Part shown: positions 51,124-64,000 of the stretch, one piece after another
Layout of the letters: each line of letters starts with the position of its first letter
How positions within the stretch are numbered: position 1 is the stretch's first letter
NCBI RefSeq assembly: GCF_009914755.1
Contig: NC_060925.1
Length of the DNA: 64,000 nucleotides
Origin: the human T2T-CHM13v2.0 reference genome, Homo sapiens
Strand: one strand, 5' to 3'
The notes under the pieces: generated by a model
Told to the model about the DNA's origin: nothing
Databases searched by the model: none
The model's input: only the letters and a program-made list of their open reading frames with translations
Program-made: the position numbers and the translations under genes

Positions 51124-54100
51124 GCCTAGAGCCGTACTACAGCAGGTGATCCAGAGTCAGGGCCTGGGAACAACCTGTATGATTATAGGTGAGTGACTTA
51201 ACCTCTCAGAGCCTCAGCTTCCTCAACAATAAAATGGGGCTAACCACCTCAGAGGGTGGGAATTAAGAGAGGTTGTAATGTTGAAATTCATGGTGAAATT
51301 GCACATCACCACAAAAGCAGGTAGAGCTCTTGTCAATCATGCGGCTTATTTCTTACCACCACCACTCCCCCACTGCTCCAGCTTTCCTACAGGGACTTTG
51401 GGGAGAGCTGGGTTGCCTCCCCGTTCGAATGGGAGAGGGCCGGGGGCAGACAGGCAAGGGGCATGGCTTAGCTGGAAAAGCATCTGGGTCCAGTGAGGTG
51501 GTGGGGAGCAGCCAGTCCTCACAGGGCCTGTGGGAGGCTCTGGTGGAGCCAAGGGGGCTGCAGGCTGAACACACCTGGGCCCCAGGGCCATGTGGCCCAG
51601 CCCTTGGATTTCATACATGAGAAAAGGGGCCACAGCAGCCTCGCGCTCCCATGGCAACCTCAGCAAAGCAATTGCACTCCTCCCAAGACCCAGTCAGGAA
51701 CAAAACTGCCGCTGAAGAGACTGGAGGAATCATAAGATAGTCTTCGAATCACAGAACAGAATCTCCCTGTCTCAGGATCTGAGAATCGTAAAACACACAA
51801 TTTACAAGTACTTAGGCTCATTCCGTTGAACGTTAGGACCAAGGAGCCACAGAATCTTTCCAGTTTTAAATCACAAATCTTAGACTCACAAACAGAACAA
51901 AACCCTAGAAGCTTCTAATCTAATCCAGGCACCAGGAGTGGCAAAGGCCTGCCCCTTTCCCCCAACCCCCACCAGTGCTGGAATCCTCTGTTCCCACCGC
52001 TGACATATGGCCATTCGCCCTCTTGAATGCTCTCAGCGACAGGGGACTCAGTCAGCCGTGCTGGCTGGAGGCTGAACACGTTCCTTCCTCTTGAACGGGG
52101 AGGGAAATAAGCTCTCAACAGGAGATCCCCACTTTGTACAAATGGATTTTTCACCCCTCCTTGTTCTTTGGCTCGGTCAGAAAGACTCCCAGGGAAGTGG
52201 AAAGGAGCCAAGAGCTGCCATGAAATGACTTTACCCAGCAGACAGGCTGGTGATAGGTTTCGGTGGGAAAAAGAAAGGAAAGGGGCGATGAATTCCAACT
52301 TGCTGAGCGATAAAGGAAATTAAGGCATAATACCGAGGAGGCAGCAGTTCTATTAACCTGGGTGGAATACCAATTACTCCAGCCTTCTCAACATTGCTCC
52401 AAGTGAAGAGAAAACCCCCAAAGAGAGTGTGATTGTGGCCCAGGGCTCATCTGGATTAGACTGTTTGTTTGCCCTGGCACCCTAATGATGGGAATGAGGG
52501 AAAATTCCCCGTTTCCTGGGAGACAGCCATGCCAAAGTGGGGGAGGAAAGGCAGGCCCACGCGCAGCCACTGGACTGCTTGGCAAATGCTCAGGGCAGAG
52601 GGGGTCCCCAGGCCCACTGCAGAAAGGCTCAGTGAGGGGCCACCAGCAGCCTCCCCTCACCTGGCCCTGTCCAGGACACCTCCTCTGGTCCCATGTTCTG
52701 GGAAGGCCAAGCTTCTGCTGACTCCTATGCTACCGGGAAAGTCTCAGGTCTCTGCTGCTGGAAGCCAAAATAATCAAGCAGCAGGCCAACTGTGCGTGAG
52801 GGACCCTGCTAGATGCTGGCACGCCCTGCAGTTAGGTAAGACCTTCGGAGGTGGCCATGTCTCCAGGTGTTGGTTCTGGCAGGGCCGGGGTTCAGGGCTC
52901 TGGCCGGGACCACCCACCCATCTGAGGCCAGCCCCAGGGCCAGCAGTATGGGGATGGTTCATGGCCACAAGCCCCAGCTCAGCACCTCCAACCAGAGCTG
53001 GGCAGAAGGGGACAGACATGGCTGTGGGAGGCAAGAAGAGGAAAGGTGTGGGGTCATGTGCCCAGCAAACCCTCACCGCCCACTGGCATCCTGGCCCAGA
53101 CCTCAGCCACACCGGCCACTTCTCAGAGCCCCTTACAGAGGGGTGCCCATCAGCCTAGGGGTTCTGAGCCAGCATGGCTCCCCCAGTAAGACAGGTCCCA
53201 CTACAGCTTGAAGAGGAAGCCACTTTTAAACAGCCTGCCCAGTGAGCACTGCTGGCTGCCTGAAGATGATTCCACTCACCTTGGTTTTTCCTGCAAGTGA
53301 ACCTTCCTCCCAGAACTAAGGTTTGGAAGATCCCAGTCTGCTGCCTGACATGGCCATTCTCCCACAAAAACAGGTGAAGGAACGCAGGACTCAAATCACG
53401 CCTTTGTCCCTTACTAGCTAAGCGACCTCAGGCAGGCTACCTGACCGCTCTGAGCCCATGTTTCCTCATTTAAAAATGTGGTGGTAGATCCTGACTCGGA
53501 GGGCAGTTGGTTGCTAGATCACGTCTATCAGTGCCCGACATAAGGGATGGCACACAGAAAATATTCAGTGACCGAAGTTCCTCCTCCCTTTATCCCAGCC
53601 GCTGTGGCAGCCCCACCACCAGGCTTTGTACACAGTGAGTCCTTAAGAGGTTTTTGTTGCAATTTTTAAAGGGCATCTGGAGGCCTAGCCTCTGTCATCC
53701 TGGGCCACCTGGTTCTTCTGTGACTTGTTTTCTCCATGTATAAAGTAGAAGGCCTGTTCCTTGGAGAAAAAGGTCAAGGCGGGTGGAATTATTACCTGGC
53801 AGCCAGCGGGGCTCACAGTGCAGGCTACTTCAGAAGCCTCGTCCCTGGCTAACACCACAATGGTTATAACGCCAAGCGGGGCAGCTGAGACTGGCCCACC
53901 TGGACACACAGGCAATGAGTGGAGGTCACAGGAGGTCTGGCCACCAGCTTCCCTGCACCTCCACCCCTGCCCCCACACTAGTCTCTCCTCAGCCCCACAG
54001 GGAGCCAGGGGCCTCTAGAATGGCCTCTCCTCCACCCACGTGCATGGGCCCTGGCACAGGAGAGGCGCTGAGGAGGAAGCTGGAAGGCACCCAGCCACCC

Positions 54101-57100
54101 ACTCCAGGGTGAACGGTGAGCCTGCCCAAGCATGAGCTCTTATGAGGCCCAGACTGCCAGGGGGCCAGGGTGTCTGAGGCGCACACATTCCTCACTCTCT
54201 GGGAGTTGGGAGTGGAGGACCCTCCTCCCCTTCTCTATTCTATTGGGAAGCTTTCCACGACCCCATGTGGGATCAGAGACCTCTTCTGATCCACAGCCTC
54301 ATCATCCTGTGTTGGTGGCACTCAACCATCTTTCTCTACCAGACTAGCAGCTCGGTGGAGGCAGGCACTGAGGAAGCGTGTGCTGAAGGCATCGCATGCA
54401 GGCAATCTGGAAGCCTGGGGCTTTTCCATCTATACAGAATGTACAGCCCAGGACACAAACCCTATTTACCCTCCAGCATTCTGCATACCTAGGAAAAGCA
54501 GTAATCATTGAAGCCTTGCTTCAGATCCTCCATTCATGCAGGAAGTGGGGCTCTGGTCTGTTCTAGTGCTGTCTAGCTGGGTGGCACTCCCACATCCTTT
54601 TCTCCAGGCATGTGAACTAGCTCTTGTGTCCTCTTTCTCTTGCCAAAGACAGTGGTATGGTACCAAGGAGAACAGAGCCAGGGGCCAGGAGGCCTGGGTT
54701 TTGGTCCCAGCTCTACCCCCCGAGCTGCTGCGTGGCTTTGAGTAAGCCACTCCCCCTCTCTGGGCCTCAGCGTCAACACCAGTTGAGGGGTTGGATCCCA
54801 CTGCTCCCTGGGTCTGTTCCTGCTTTACTTCACTGCCATGAGCCATGTGTCTGGGGCTGGAGTTGGAGGAGAGTGCTGGCACCAGGCAGATGGTTCTGAG
54901 GACAGGTTCAGAGTCTGCAAGGCTGGGAGGGCACCTGCCTCTGTCCTGGGTCCCACCTCCTGGCCTGCTCCTCAGGAAACCCTGGGACACATGAACTTGG
55001 GCCTCAGCTTTGGCTCTGATCGTATTGTGATGCCATCTCTGGGCCAGGCCCTCATCTGTCTACATCACCTCACCTCATCTCCTGGTTTACGAAGCCCTTT
55101 GTATATGTCTCCTCATTTAGTTCTTACAATCACCCCTGAGGTTCAGAGAGGGACAGGATGGGCCCAGGTCACACAGCAGTCAGAGGACTATCAGGCCCAG
55201 CATTCTCCAGCAGCCCTGATATCTCCTCCTTGAAACAGGAAGAACACAGGATGTGCAGTGGGAATCCTGACCTTGCCCCCTGAGCAATACTGAGTAGGGG
55301 GGGTGGTACTCTCTCAGAACCACTTTGAGCCACCATGAAAATCTAACAGCATAAAGATGCCAAAAGCATAGGTGCCAGCCAGGGCAGCAGCCCGCTGGAA
55401 CAGAAAGAGCACCACGCAGGGAGCCCCAGAGCCCAGGCTCCAGTTTTGGGTTTTCCCATCTGTCAAATGAGGGCAAGGATGCCTGCCCTGCCTCACCCAC
55501 TGAAGGCCAGCTGTGCACTTGCCACACTTACCCCGTCCCACCTTCTACACAGCTGTCTGTGCCCACCACCTCAGCCAGGAGGAGTCACGAGCCCCTTCCC
55601 TATCTGCACACAGCTCAGCCTGGCTCACTGCACCAAAAAGGCAGGCCTGAGCATGGACCACACACAGAGGTATGTTCAGACAGACGTGCAGACACTCAGG
55701 CACATGCACACAGCGCATGTACTTGCAGATGGGCACCCGTGCATACAGCAAGGCACACACCACCCACTTGCACACTCAGGTGTGCGCCACATACTGAACA
55801 TACTCAGACACGCATGTCATGCTGGACACACACTGCAGCACACAGACCGCATACCCACACATGCACAGTTGGCTTCATATGATGCTCACACACTGCAGAC
55901 AAATATGCATAGATTTTCTTGCCTCTCCCATGACAGCCAGATGGTGGGATTCTCCCAGAGGGCTGCCATTTAATGCTCTAATTAATTTTTTAAAATTCTA
56001 GGTACCCAAAGCCTGGGTTTGTTCAATTGGTCCAGGCACGACCCAGTCTGAGGCCAAGGCGGGAAGCAGGACCTAGGACGAGGGTGTCCCACTATACCCA
56101 GGAGAGGCTTCCCCCTCACCTGGTGAGTAGATACCTAGCCTAGCAAGGGGCTGGGGTCACAGGCCCAGAATCTGAGCCTGATCCTGGTTCCAACAGTGCT
56201 CCTATGACCCAGGACAGGGAGAGACCCCTTCCCAGCAGCCCTGGCGGAGTGGTCTGGCCCCAGGTGCACACCTCAGGATGCAGGGCGCTCAGTCCCTGCG
56301 GAGGCTGCTGGCTCTCCTATCAGACTGCACTGCAGCGAGGCTTTCCTGACATGGAGGTGGGCTCGGGGCTGCACATCCAAATCCAAACACACCTTTGCTG
56401 AGCCCTACTGTGCAGGGCACACTTCAAGGCACTGTGGGAGGACAGCGCAGGGAACGGGATGTTCACAGAGCACAGAGCTACCAGAGAGTTAGTGCTGAGA
56501 CAGTGCTCACCGCATCTCCAGGCAGTATGCTCCGAGCAGGCCAGAATTTCATTCTCACCCAGGTCTCCTGGGGAGCCCCACCTTATTCTCTAGGCCATGA
56601 GGATCCTGGGGGGTTCAGGCTAGCAGGAACCAAGCATCACTGGCCCTCCAGGTCTCTCCTCTGCCTTTCCTGGGGCACCGTCTTTGCTGCTAAATGTTTG
56701 GAAAAAGCAGCAATAAATTTACTGCCTCACTTATGAGCAATTTGCTGTCAGGAGCCATGTGTAAGCAGAGGGCTGAATTAACAAGGCTTAATTAACATTA
56801 ATGTGACGGATCTCAAGTGAGTCGGGAAATCCCCCATCCTCACCGCCCGGACCTTGCCTGCTGATTCCCTGCTCATGTGGGAGGTGAGAGGCCCAAGGAG
56901 GGCTCTCAGAGCTGCTGACAGACGTGACTGGGGGCTGGAGGCTTGCAGGAGATCAGCACAGGAAGCCAGAGCCTCTGCAACTCCAATTCCAAAGGAGCTC
57001 TCACACTAAGTCCTTTATCCCTTGCCTGGTGCACTGGCTAACACGTGGACCTTGGAGTGCAAGAGACCCGCTTTTAAATCCTGCTGCTGCCACTCCTATG

Positions 57101-57202
57101 CTACGTGACCCTGGGTGTTTCCCCACCTCTCTGTGCCTCACCATCTCTATCAGTAAAGAGACAGGACAGATCCCCCCTCAGAGGGCTGTTAAAGGATCCA
57201 TG

Positions 57203-57493
57203 GGCCGGGCACGGTGGCTCACACCTGTAATCCCAGCACTTTGGGAGGCTGAGACGGGCAGATCACCTGAGGTCAGGAGTTCGAGACCAGTCTGGCCAAC
57301 ATGATGAAACTCCATCTCTACTAAAAATACAAAAATTAGCTGGGCATGGTCGCAGGCGCCTGTAATGCCAGCTACTTGGGAGTCTAAGGCAAGAGAATCA
57401 CTTGAACTCAGGAGGCGGAGGTTGCAGTGAGCCGAGACCATGCCATTGCACTCCAGGCTGGGCGACAGAGTGAGACTCCATCTTTAAAAAAAA
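57203..57493 (+). mobile_element. Alu (AluSx/Sz-like), intron 2
   Basis: GGCCGGGCACGGTGGCTCAC...ATCACCTGAGGTCAGGAGTTCGAGACC, poly-A, TSD-like AAGGATCCATG/AAGAATTCATG. Confidence 0.96.
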
Positions 57494-60400
57494 AGAATTC
57501 ATGAAGTCATGCATGGAGAGCAGAGGTGCTTCCCACCCCACTCCCCATAAGCATAAGCGTCATTGATGATAGTGCGTGGGGCTCATCATCTCATTTAATC
57601 TTCCCAGCCAACAGCCCTTTGAGGTAGGGCCTGCCAAGACGCCCCTGTGCAGAAGAGGAAACCAAGACACTGAGAGGGGAGGTGGCTCATCCAGCCCACA
57701 TGCTGTGTGACGTTGGGGGAAGAGGCTCCAGTCACCCACTACAGTCACTGGCAGGAGCCCCTTGAAGGATCCAGAGAGCCACGGTGAGGGGAGAGGTCAG
57801 GCTGCGGGGCCATGCTGTGGACCAGTGTACCCTTGGACAGTGGGCATCTCGTCAGAGAGGCCAGGTCCCTGTTTTTCAATGACTAAGGCATTACTAAGCT
57901 GCCCCCTGAGGGCCCAGCCTGTGTCAGGCTCCGGGGATGAGATAAAGGTGGTGAAAGCTGTGCCCCTGCTCTCAGGATGGATTCCACCTCCGACTCCTCT
58001 CAGCTGTCCCCAGGGCACCCAGCCCAGCCCTGGCACGGGGCAGGCACACCTTCATTTATCATCAGTGATCGCCGTTATTCATATGAATGGGAGGATGCTT
58101 CTGAGCAGAACCAACTTTGAGCAGCAGCAGAAAGGAAGCCCAGCCCCACCCACCTACCCCGACGCTTCACCAGAGATGGGAGTCCCCACGCCCCCAGCCA
58201 TAACCCTGCACGTCTCGGATCACTGGACTGACCTTTCCTGTCAGTTTAGCGGCCTTGAGCTCTGCCCCGGAGCATACCCACACCCTGGCCTTCAGGGGGA
58301 CAGGAAGGGCTCTGGGCCCCAGGTTCACAGGTCTCACCTCTGGGACTACCCCAGTTGGAGTCTTGGTGTCAGGGATCCATTTGGAGACAGCATGGGGAGA
58401 GGGAAGAGACGGGCTGGGGCAGGGGCAGGGGCAGATTCCACCTCCAGAAAAGCCCTTGGGCCCCTCCTCAGCCTTGCCCCCTCCTGCCAAGCCCCCAGTA
58501 TCCCCAAGCCCTGCCACAATCCCATGCTCCAGGAGGTCTTCCTCCAGCCCACCCCAGCCCACCTCCCACCCTCCTGACTCAGATGTTCTGTCTCCTGCTA
58601 AGCCGTGTGACCTGGAGGAAGTCATTTTTCTCCTCTGTAAATGGGGGATGAGAACTACCTGCCTTACAGGCTGATGTGAATGGAATGAGATGCTGCCTGG
58701 CACAGTGAGGGCTCCATATGTGACACCTATGATTACTGACAACCCAGAGGTTAGTGCAGTGGAGACCCAGCCGTGCAGGAGCCTGTGAGGAGCTGGGCTG
58801 GCTCAGAGGTCTCTGGTCTTTTCTGCGCTGCTCTGAGGACGCAGGATCAGCCAGGGTGTCTGTGTGGCCCCTGTGGCAAGCCTGGGAGCCATGGAGCCTC
58901 TCGGGAAGAACCAGAAAGAACTTCGTTTCTGAAAATCTTGGAACCAATTGTTGTATAAAGGAGTGAGGCCTCCATCCCAGGAGGTATGCAAGCAGGGGGA
59001 TCCATTCATTCATTCAACAAGCATACAATGGGCCCCTCCTCTGTGCTGGGCCCTGTGATGGGCACTGGGGGGTTGGGAAAGAGTGCATGAAAGCCAGTCC
59101 TGCCTGAAGAAAGCCATACTATAAAGACACAGGAGATGACAAAGGTGCCAAATCGACCCCGGGTCATGCCTGCCCAGCCCTGCACATGCTTCAGAGCCCG
59201 GAGGAAATGCAGGAGGCCCTATGCCATGAAAAGGGGCTTGGGAAACATCCAGGGTAGCACAGTGAGGGCTGAGCTCCAGCCAGCAGATGCAAGACCCAGA
59301 CCCCAGCCTGCTCTGAGCTGCCATGCCCTCCGGTATCCCGGGGGCCTCCCTGCCCTGGTCCACCCCCATCACAGCTCAGGGCCAGTCCCCAGGCCCCTGC
59401 CCACCCCCAACACCGAGTGAGGGGTGCGCAGGAGGAATCCATAGTTTACAGGGAGGGCCCTGCTGGCAGCAGGGTGTGAGGAGCGGGGAGGGGTAGCTGT
59501 CTCTGCCTGGACAGGGGCATGGGCACGGCCAGTCCCAGGCAGGTGGCGGGCTTACCCTTTGCCCACTTTCTTGTCCCCTGGCAGTTCCTGGGGTGTGGGC
59601 TCCAAGGAGGCCCAGCAGCCAGACCACCAGCTGCTTCCCCTCCCCACACAAGCCCTGGCCACAAAGCGCCCTCCCCCAACTCTGCCCGCCTGTGGTGACA
59701 GCCTCTTGGCACTAGCTCTCTCCTCCCTCCATCTGTCAGGAATCGGTGCAGACAGACTGTGAGAACCACAGAGGAAGGAGCGATACTGCGTGGACCCTCC
59801 CTGCCCCCAGCCTCCCCAGTGTGCTCCCCAGCCCACCCCATCTCTCTCTCCCTACTCCTCTGTCTCTGCCTTCTCTTCCATCTGTCTCCATCTCTCCCTA
59901 CTGATGAAGACATCGACAGAGTGGGCATAGGGAGGGGAAGAGGACCAGCCAACCAGTGACCCCACTCGTAACCACCACACGCCACGGCCACAGCCCAGCC
60001 ACCCATGTGGCTTCCCTTCTCCCCACCATTAAGGAGTCAGATGCTGTGGGACTATGGGCTCAGTGTCCCCATCTGTACAACGGGTGGAGTCATTCCTGCT
60101 GGCCCACCTCCCAAGGGCCACCATGAGCCTGGAGGCAACATGTGGGAAGGGCCTTGTCGACTGCAGAGACTCATACAAGGCACGTGGCCAGCGCCTCCAG
60201 CTTCTTTCTATTCATCATGAGAACAACGATCTCAGTGCTGCCCTCCACTTGGGAGGAGTGAGGCCAACATGGGACACAGACAGACAGCCACATGCCTGGA
60301 AGAATAGAAATGGCGGTGGTAACACAGGCAGGCCCATGAATGTTATGATTCTCACCACAGTCATACGAGGTGAGCAGGGCAGAGATGGGGAAACAGGCCA

Positions 60401-60538
60401 GGGAGGGAGGTCACACAGCTGGGCTAGAGGCAGTCTGTAACAGCGGCCAGGCCTCCTGGCCCTATCCACACAGCTCCCTACTCAGAATGTTTGGCCCTGC
60501 TCTTCCAGACCTTCCAAGATCCTCTGTTTCTTTCTTGA

Positions 60539-60868
<330 letters not shown>

Positions 60869-63800
60869 TTTTTCTTTGTTTTTAATTAAGTGAGCCGTGC
60901 CCAGCTAGCAGATTCCACAAGGGATGGGGAGGACCTCCTGGGGACCTGAGAGAGCAGTGGCCAGGGCTTGGGGGCTCAGCTAGACTGGTCAAGTGTCCCA
61001 GTTTGCTCACAACTGAAGGGGTTCCTGAGATGCAGGATGTTGAGTTTTAAAACTGGGATAGTTCTGAGCAGCCGAGGAGCCGTGTTCAATTTATGCATGG
61101 CAAGCACATGGCAATGCTGACGTGCTGGGCAAATGAAGTGGGCGTTTTCGCTGAAAAGAGAGCAAAACCTCTGCTCACCCCTTGCTCCTGTGAAGCTTGG
61201 ACCAGTGTTCCAGAGGCCCAGTGGAGGGCAAGTTCTGGTCTAGCTGCAGCCTCAGGGTCATGCGGGGCCATGTCTGATCCCAGCCACAGCATAGATGTAC
61301 CCAAGGTAACAGGGAAGGGTCTTGGGTCCTCATCCCCTTCACAGCAGAGGAAGCTGAGGTTCAGAAAAGGTCACACATTAAGTTAGGGGCTGGTGCCCCC
61401 AGGGCGTGGCCTGCTTTCCCATCTGTAGATCCTCCCCAGGTTCTGGCAGGGCACCTGGCACAGAACAAACCCTCAGTGAATGTTGGAGCTGGGACCCAAA
61501 GGCTCCAGTCCACAGCAGGCGCTTCCCAGGGACTCACAGAAAACCACACCCAGTCATGTGCGGCAAGAGGGGCTGGAAACCTAGCAAGGGGTCAGGGGCA
61601 CAGTGCACACTCGGAGCCCAGAGGCACCCTCCACCCCTCCTTCCTCCACCGTCCTCCACAGGTCCCTGTCCCCCTGAGGCTTGTGGACTGCATTGTGAAC
61701 CACAGACTCTAAATCAGGACATCATGGTATAGAGTGTGGGGAAACACAAGGATGAGAGAGCCCAGAGGAGACTCTGACCCACCTAGGGGAGGAAGCACCC
61801 TGGAAATGGTGACTCCAGAGGTCAGGTGAGGCCGGACAAGCAGAGATGGAGCCTTCCAGGCTAGGGGCCTGCATGCAAAAGGGCCTGAGGCTTCTCTTGG
61901 AGGTGTGGCTGGACAGGAGACGCCTGGGGCTTGGGGTCAGTGCCAGGTGAGACCTGGAGAGGAGACAGGTACATGTCTGGTCTTGAAGGGCTCTGAATGT
62001 CAGTTAAGAAGACTTGGTCCTATGAGGGGTGGGCGTCACTGCAGAAGCTGAGCGAGGAAAGGGTGTAGCTTTGCATCTCTCAGAGCACTCAGCTGCAGAG
62101 CGAAGATGGGTTTGGAGGACAGAACAGAAACTAGGCAGGGGCTGCTGCTGAGATCCAGGAAGGGCATGGCAGTGGGTGGCAGGGGCGGGGGAGGCCCAGG
62201 CTGGCAGGTAGGCAGGGTGAGTGTCGGGACCTTCTTCCTTCCCCTATTCAAGGTGAGGCCTTGGGGGAAGGAAGAGAGGGGTTGTGATGACTCCCAGGTT
62301 CCTGCCCAAGGCCCAGGCAATGCCTGCACTCCGGCCTAGTCCAAGAGGCAGAAGACGTTCAGCCACAGCCCCCCAGTGCTATGTGCTGTGCCACAGTCAT
62401 TGCAGGATCTGGGCGCTGCTGCCCTGCTACCCAGGAGAGCAAGCTGTCCATAACGATACCTTTGCCTCCAGGCACGGCATTTCTGTCCTCACCCTCCACT
62501 TCTCAAAGCCCTGGGAGGCAAGTCACAGGATGCAGCTAACATTTATAGAGCCTGCGAATGTGCACGCCACCAGGCCCCATGCTAGGGGAGCCAAAGCAGC
62601 AATGGCCCCAGAGAGGATGGTCCTTATCTGAGCCCACACCACAAGTCAGCTGTCACAGGCTGGACTTCCCTAAGCATGGGGGCTGTGGCAAGAATGCAGG
62701 TAGGAAGGGACATGGGGCAGGCTTGCCGTGAAGGTGGGGGCAGACTCTGTAAGCAGAGGCCCCATTAACAGAGCTGGGATCAGAGAGGGCAGGAGAGCTG
62801 CAGGAGACAGATCTGGGATTGACAGAAGAGCAGGTTTTCTAACAGGAAGAGCAGTCCAGGGGCGGGGAGCTGCTTCGTCAGTGGGTGAGCGCCCAGTCCC
62901 CGGACGCATTGGACCCCCTGACCTCCACCCCACTAGGCTGCTGAGGAAACTCCTGCACTGGGATGGAAGGGGGAGGCCGCTTTGGCCTAATGAAGATGCT
63001 GCCCACAGCTCACACATCCATTCACTCAACACCTTCACCAGGGCCTGCTCTGAGCCACGCTGGGGACAGTGGGCACCTGGGCTGGGTGGAGCAGAACCAG
63101 ATAAGCCTCCTCTGTCACCCTTCTCCATCCTGATCTGGGAGGTGAGGCCAGAGCCCAGGGGGAGTAGGAGATAGAAGCATGGGTCCCTTCAGCCCTGGCT
63201 GACCATGCACCATGTCACAGGCCTGTGTCCTGGCCACTAAAGGACCAAGTGTCCATAACTTCCTAGGCATATTTAGGGCACAAAGCCAGGGGCCAGGCAG
63301 GGCCAACCATAATGTAATCTCCTTCTGCACCCCACCCCTCCTGAAGGTCCCTAAGGCTCTGGGCTCATTTCCTAATGAGGTCCCTAGAAGGCCTCTCCCT
63401 AATTAAACTGGGCCAGCAAGTGACAGCCTGGAGCGGCAGGGGAGAAAGGGAGATAAAGGAGTCTTTCTGGGGGCTCCCTGGCTCCTCCTACTCCACCCCG
63501 CAGTGCAGCAGCCCAGTAAGGATGGGGATTCCTGAAGGACAGATGGGAGAGGGAGGTTCAGAGAAGGAGGTCAAAAGAAGCCCAGGCAATCTTGAATTGA
63601 GCACTGCGCATGCACCATGCACTGCTCTTAGTGTGCCTCAGAAGTTAACTCACCTGTCAATCCCACAACCACCTTGAGGGGCGGCTCCATCCTCCAGATG
63701 AGGCAGGTGCTCAGAGAGGTGAAGTCATTTGCTTAGGGCCCCACATCTGGGAAGTGGTGAGGTGTGGACTTGACCCCAGGCGGCCTGGTAGGGCCCTGCT

Positions 63801-64000
63801 GTTATCCATGTCGTGATAGATCCTCTCCTGGATGAGGTAGGGGCCCGTCCTGGGGACTTGCACATCTACACCTCCCAGCTGGCTTCGCACCAAATGGGCC
63901 TGGAAGGGGCTGGGGCAGAATTTAAAAAGCTGCCCCAAGTGACACAAACCACTGATCTAATCCTCAGTCTCTCAGAGCCCCAGAGCAGGAATACACCCAG

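Noticed and set aside
55660-56123. Strong donor CAG|GTGAGG about 200 nt upstream of a UG-rich tract in intron 2
   Set aside because: I found no convincing partner acceptor, and isolated donors are frequent in long introns.
57762-58742. 271-aa and 191-aa ORFs in intron 2 (also 229 aa at 52469)
   Set aside because: No recognisable domain, non-ATG starts, GC-rich low-information sequence with MIR fragments.

Overview
Primate, almost certainly human, genomic DNA lying entirely within LRP8 (ApoER2, the Reelin/apoE/selenoprotein P receptor), which is transcribed on the minus strand. I located 14 canonical GT-AG coding exons, exons 3-16 in the usual human numbering. They join into a 2,259-nt open frame encoding LDL-A repeats 2-7, EGF-A/B, the YWTD beta-propeller, EGF-C, the O-linked sugar domain and the start of the transmembrane helix. 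The window also holds the 39-nt furin-site cassette exon 6B and the decayed eighth LDL-A repeat pseudo-exon. Positions 37901-64000 are intron 2; exons 1-2 and 17-19 are outside the window. The rest is typical intronic repeat (Alu, L1, L2, L3, MIR, LTR, MER), and nearly all ORFs in the supplied track are spurious. Most interesting observations: (1) a 1.65-kb intron-3 minisatellite of about 62 units, born inside a MER91-like MITE, whose recently expanded unit reads TAG|GTAAGTA on the LRP8 sense strand, giving about 37 tandem near-perfect U1-binding 5' splice sites; (2) a ~500-bp inverted duplication in intron 2 with an intact CRE in each arm; (3) an RBFOX motif cluster just downstream of the furin microexon; (4) inverted Alus bracketing exons 9-13, whose back-splice would give a stop-free 804-nt circle encoding the propeller; (5) several RFX X-box and MEF2 sites. 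Repeat subfamily names come from recognising the sequence by eye, not from a RepeatMasker run. All functional claims are hypotheses.
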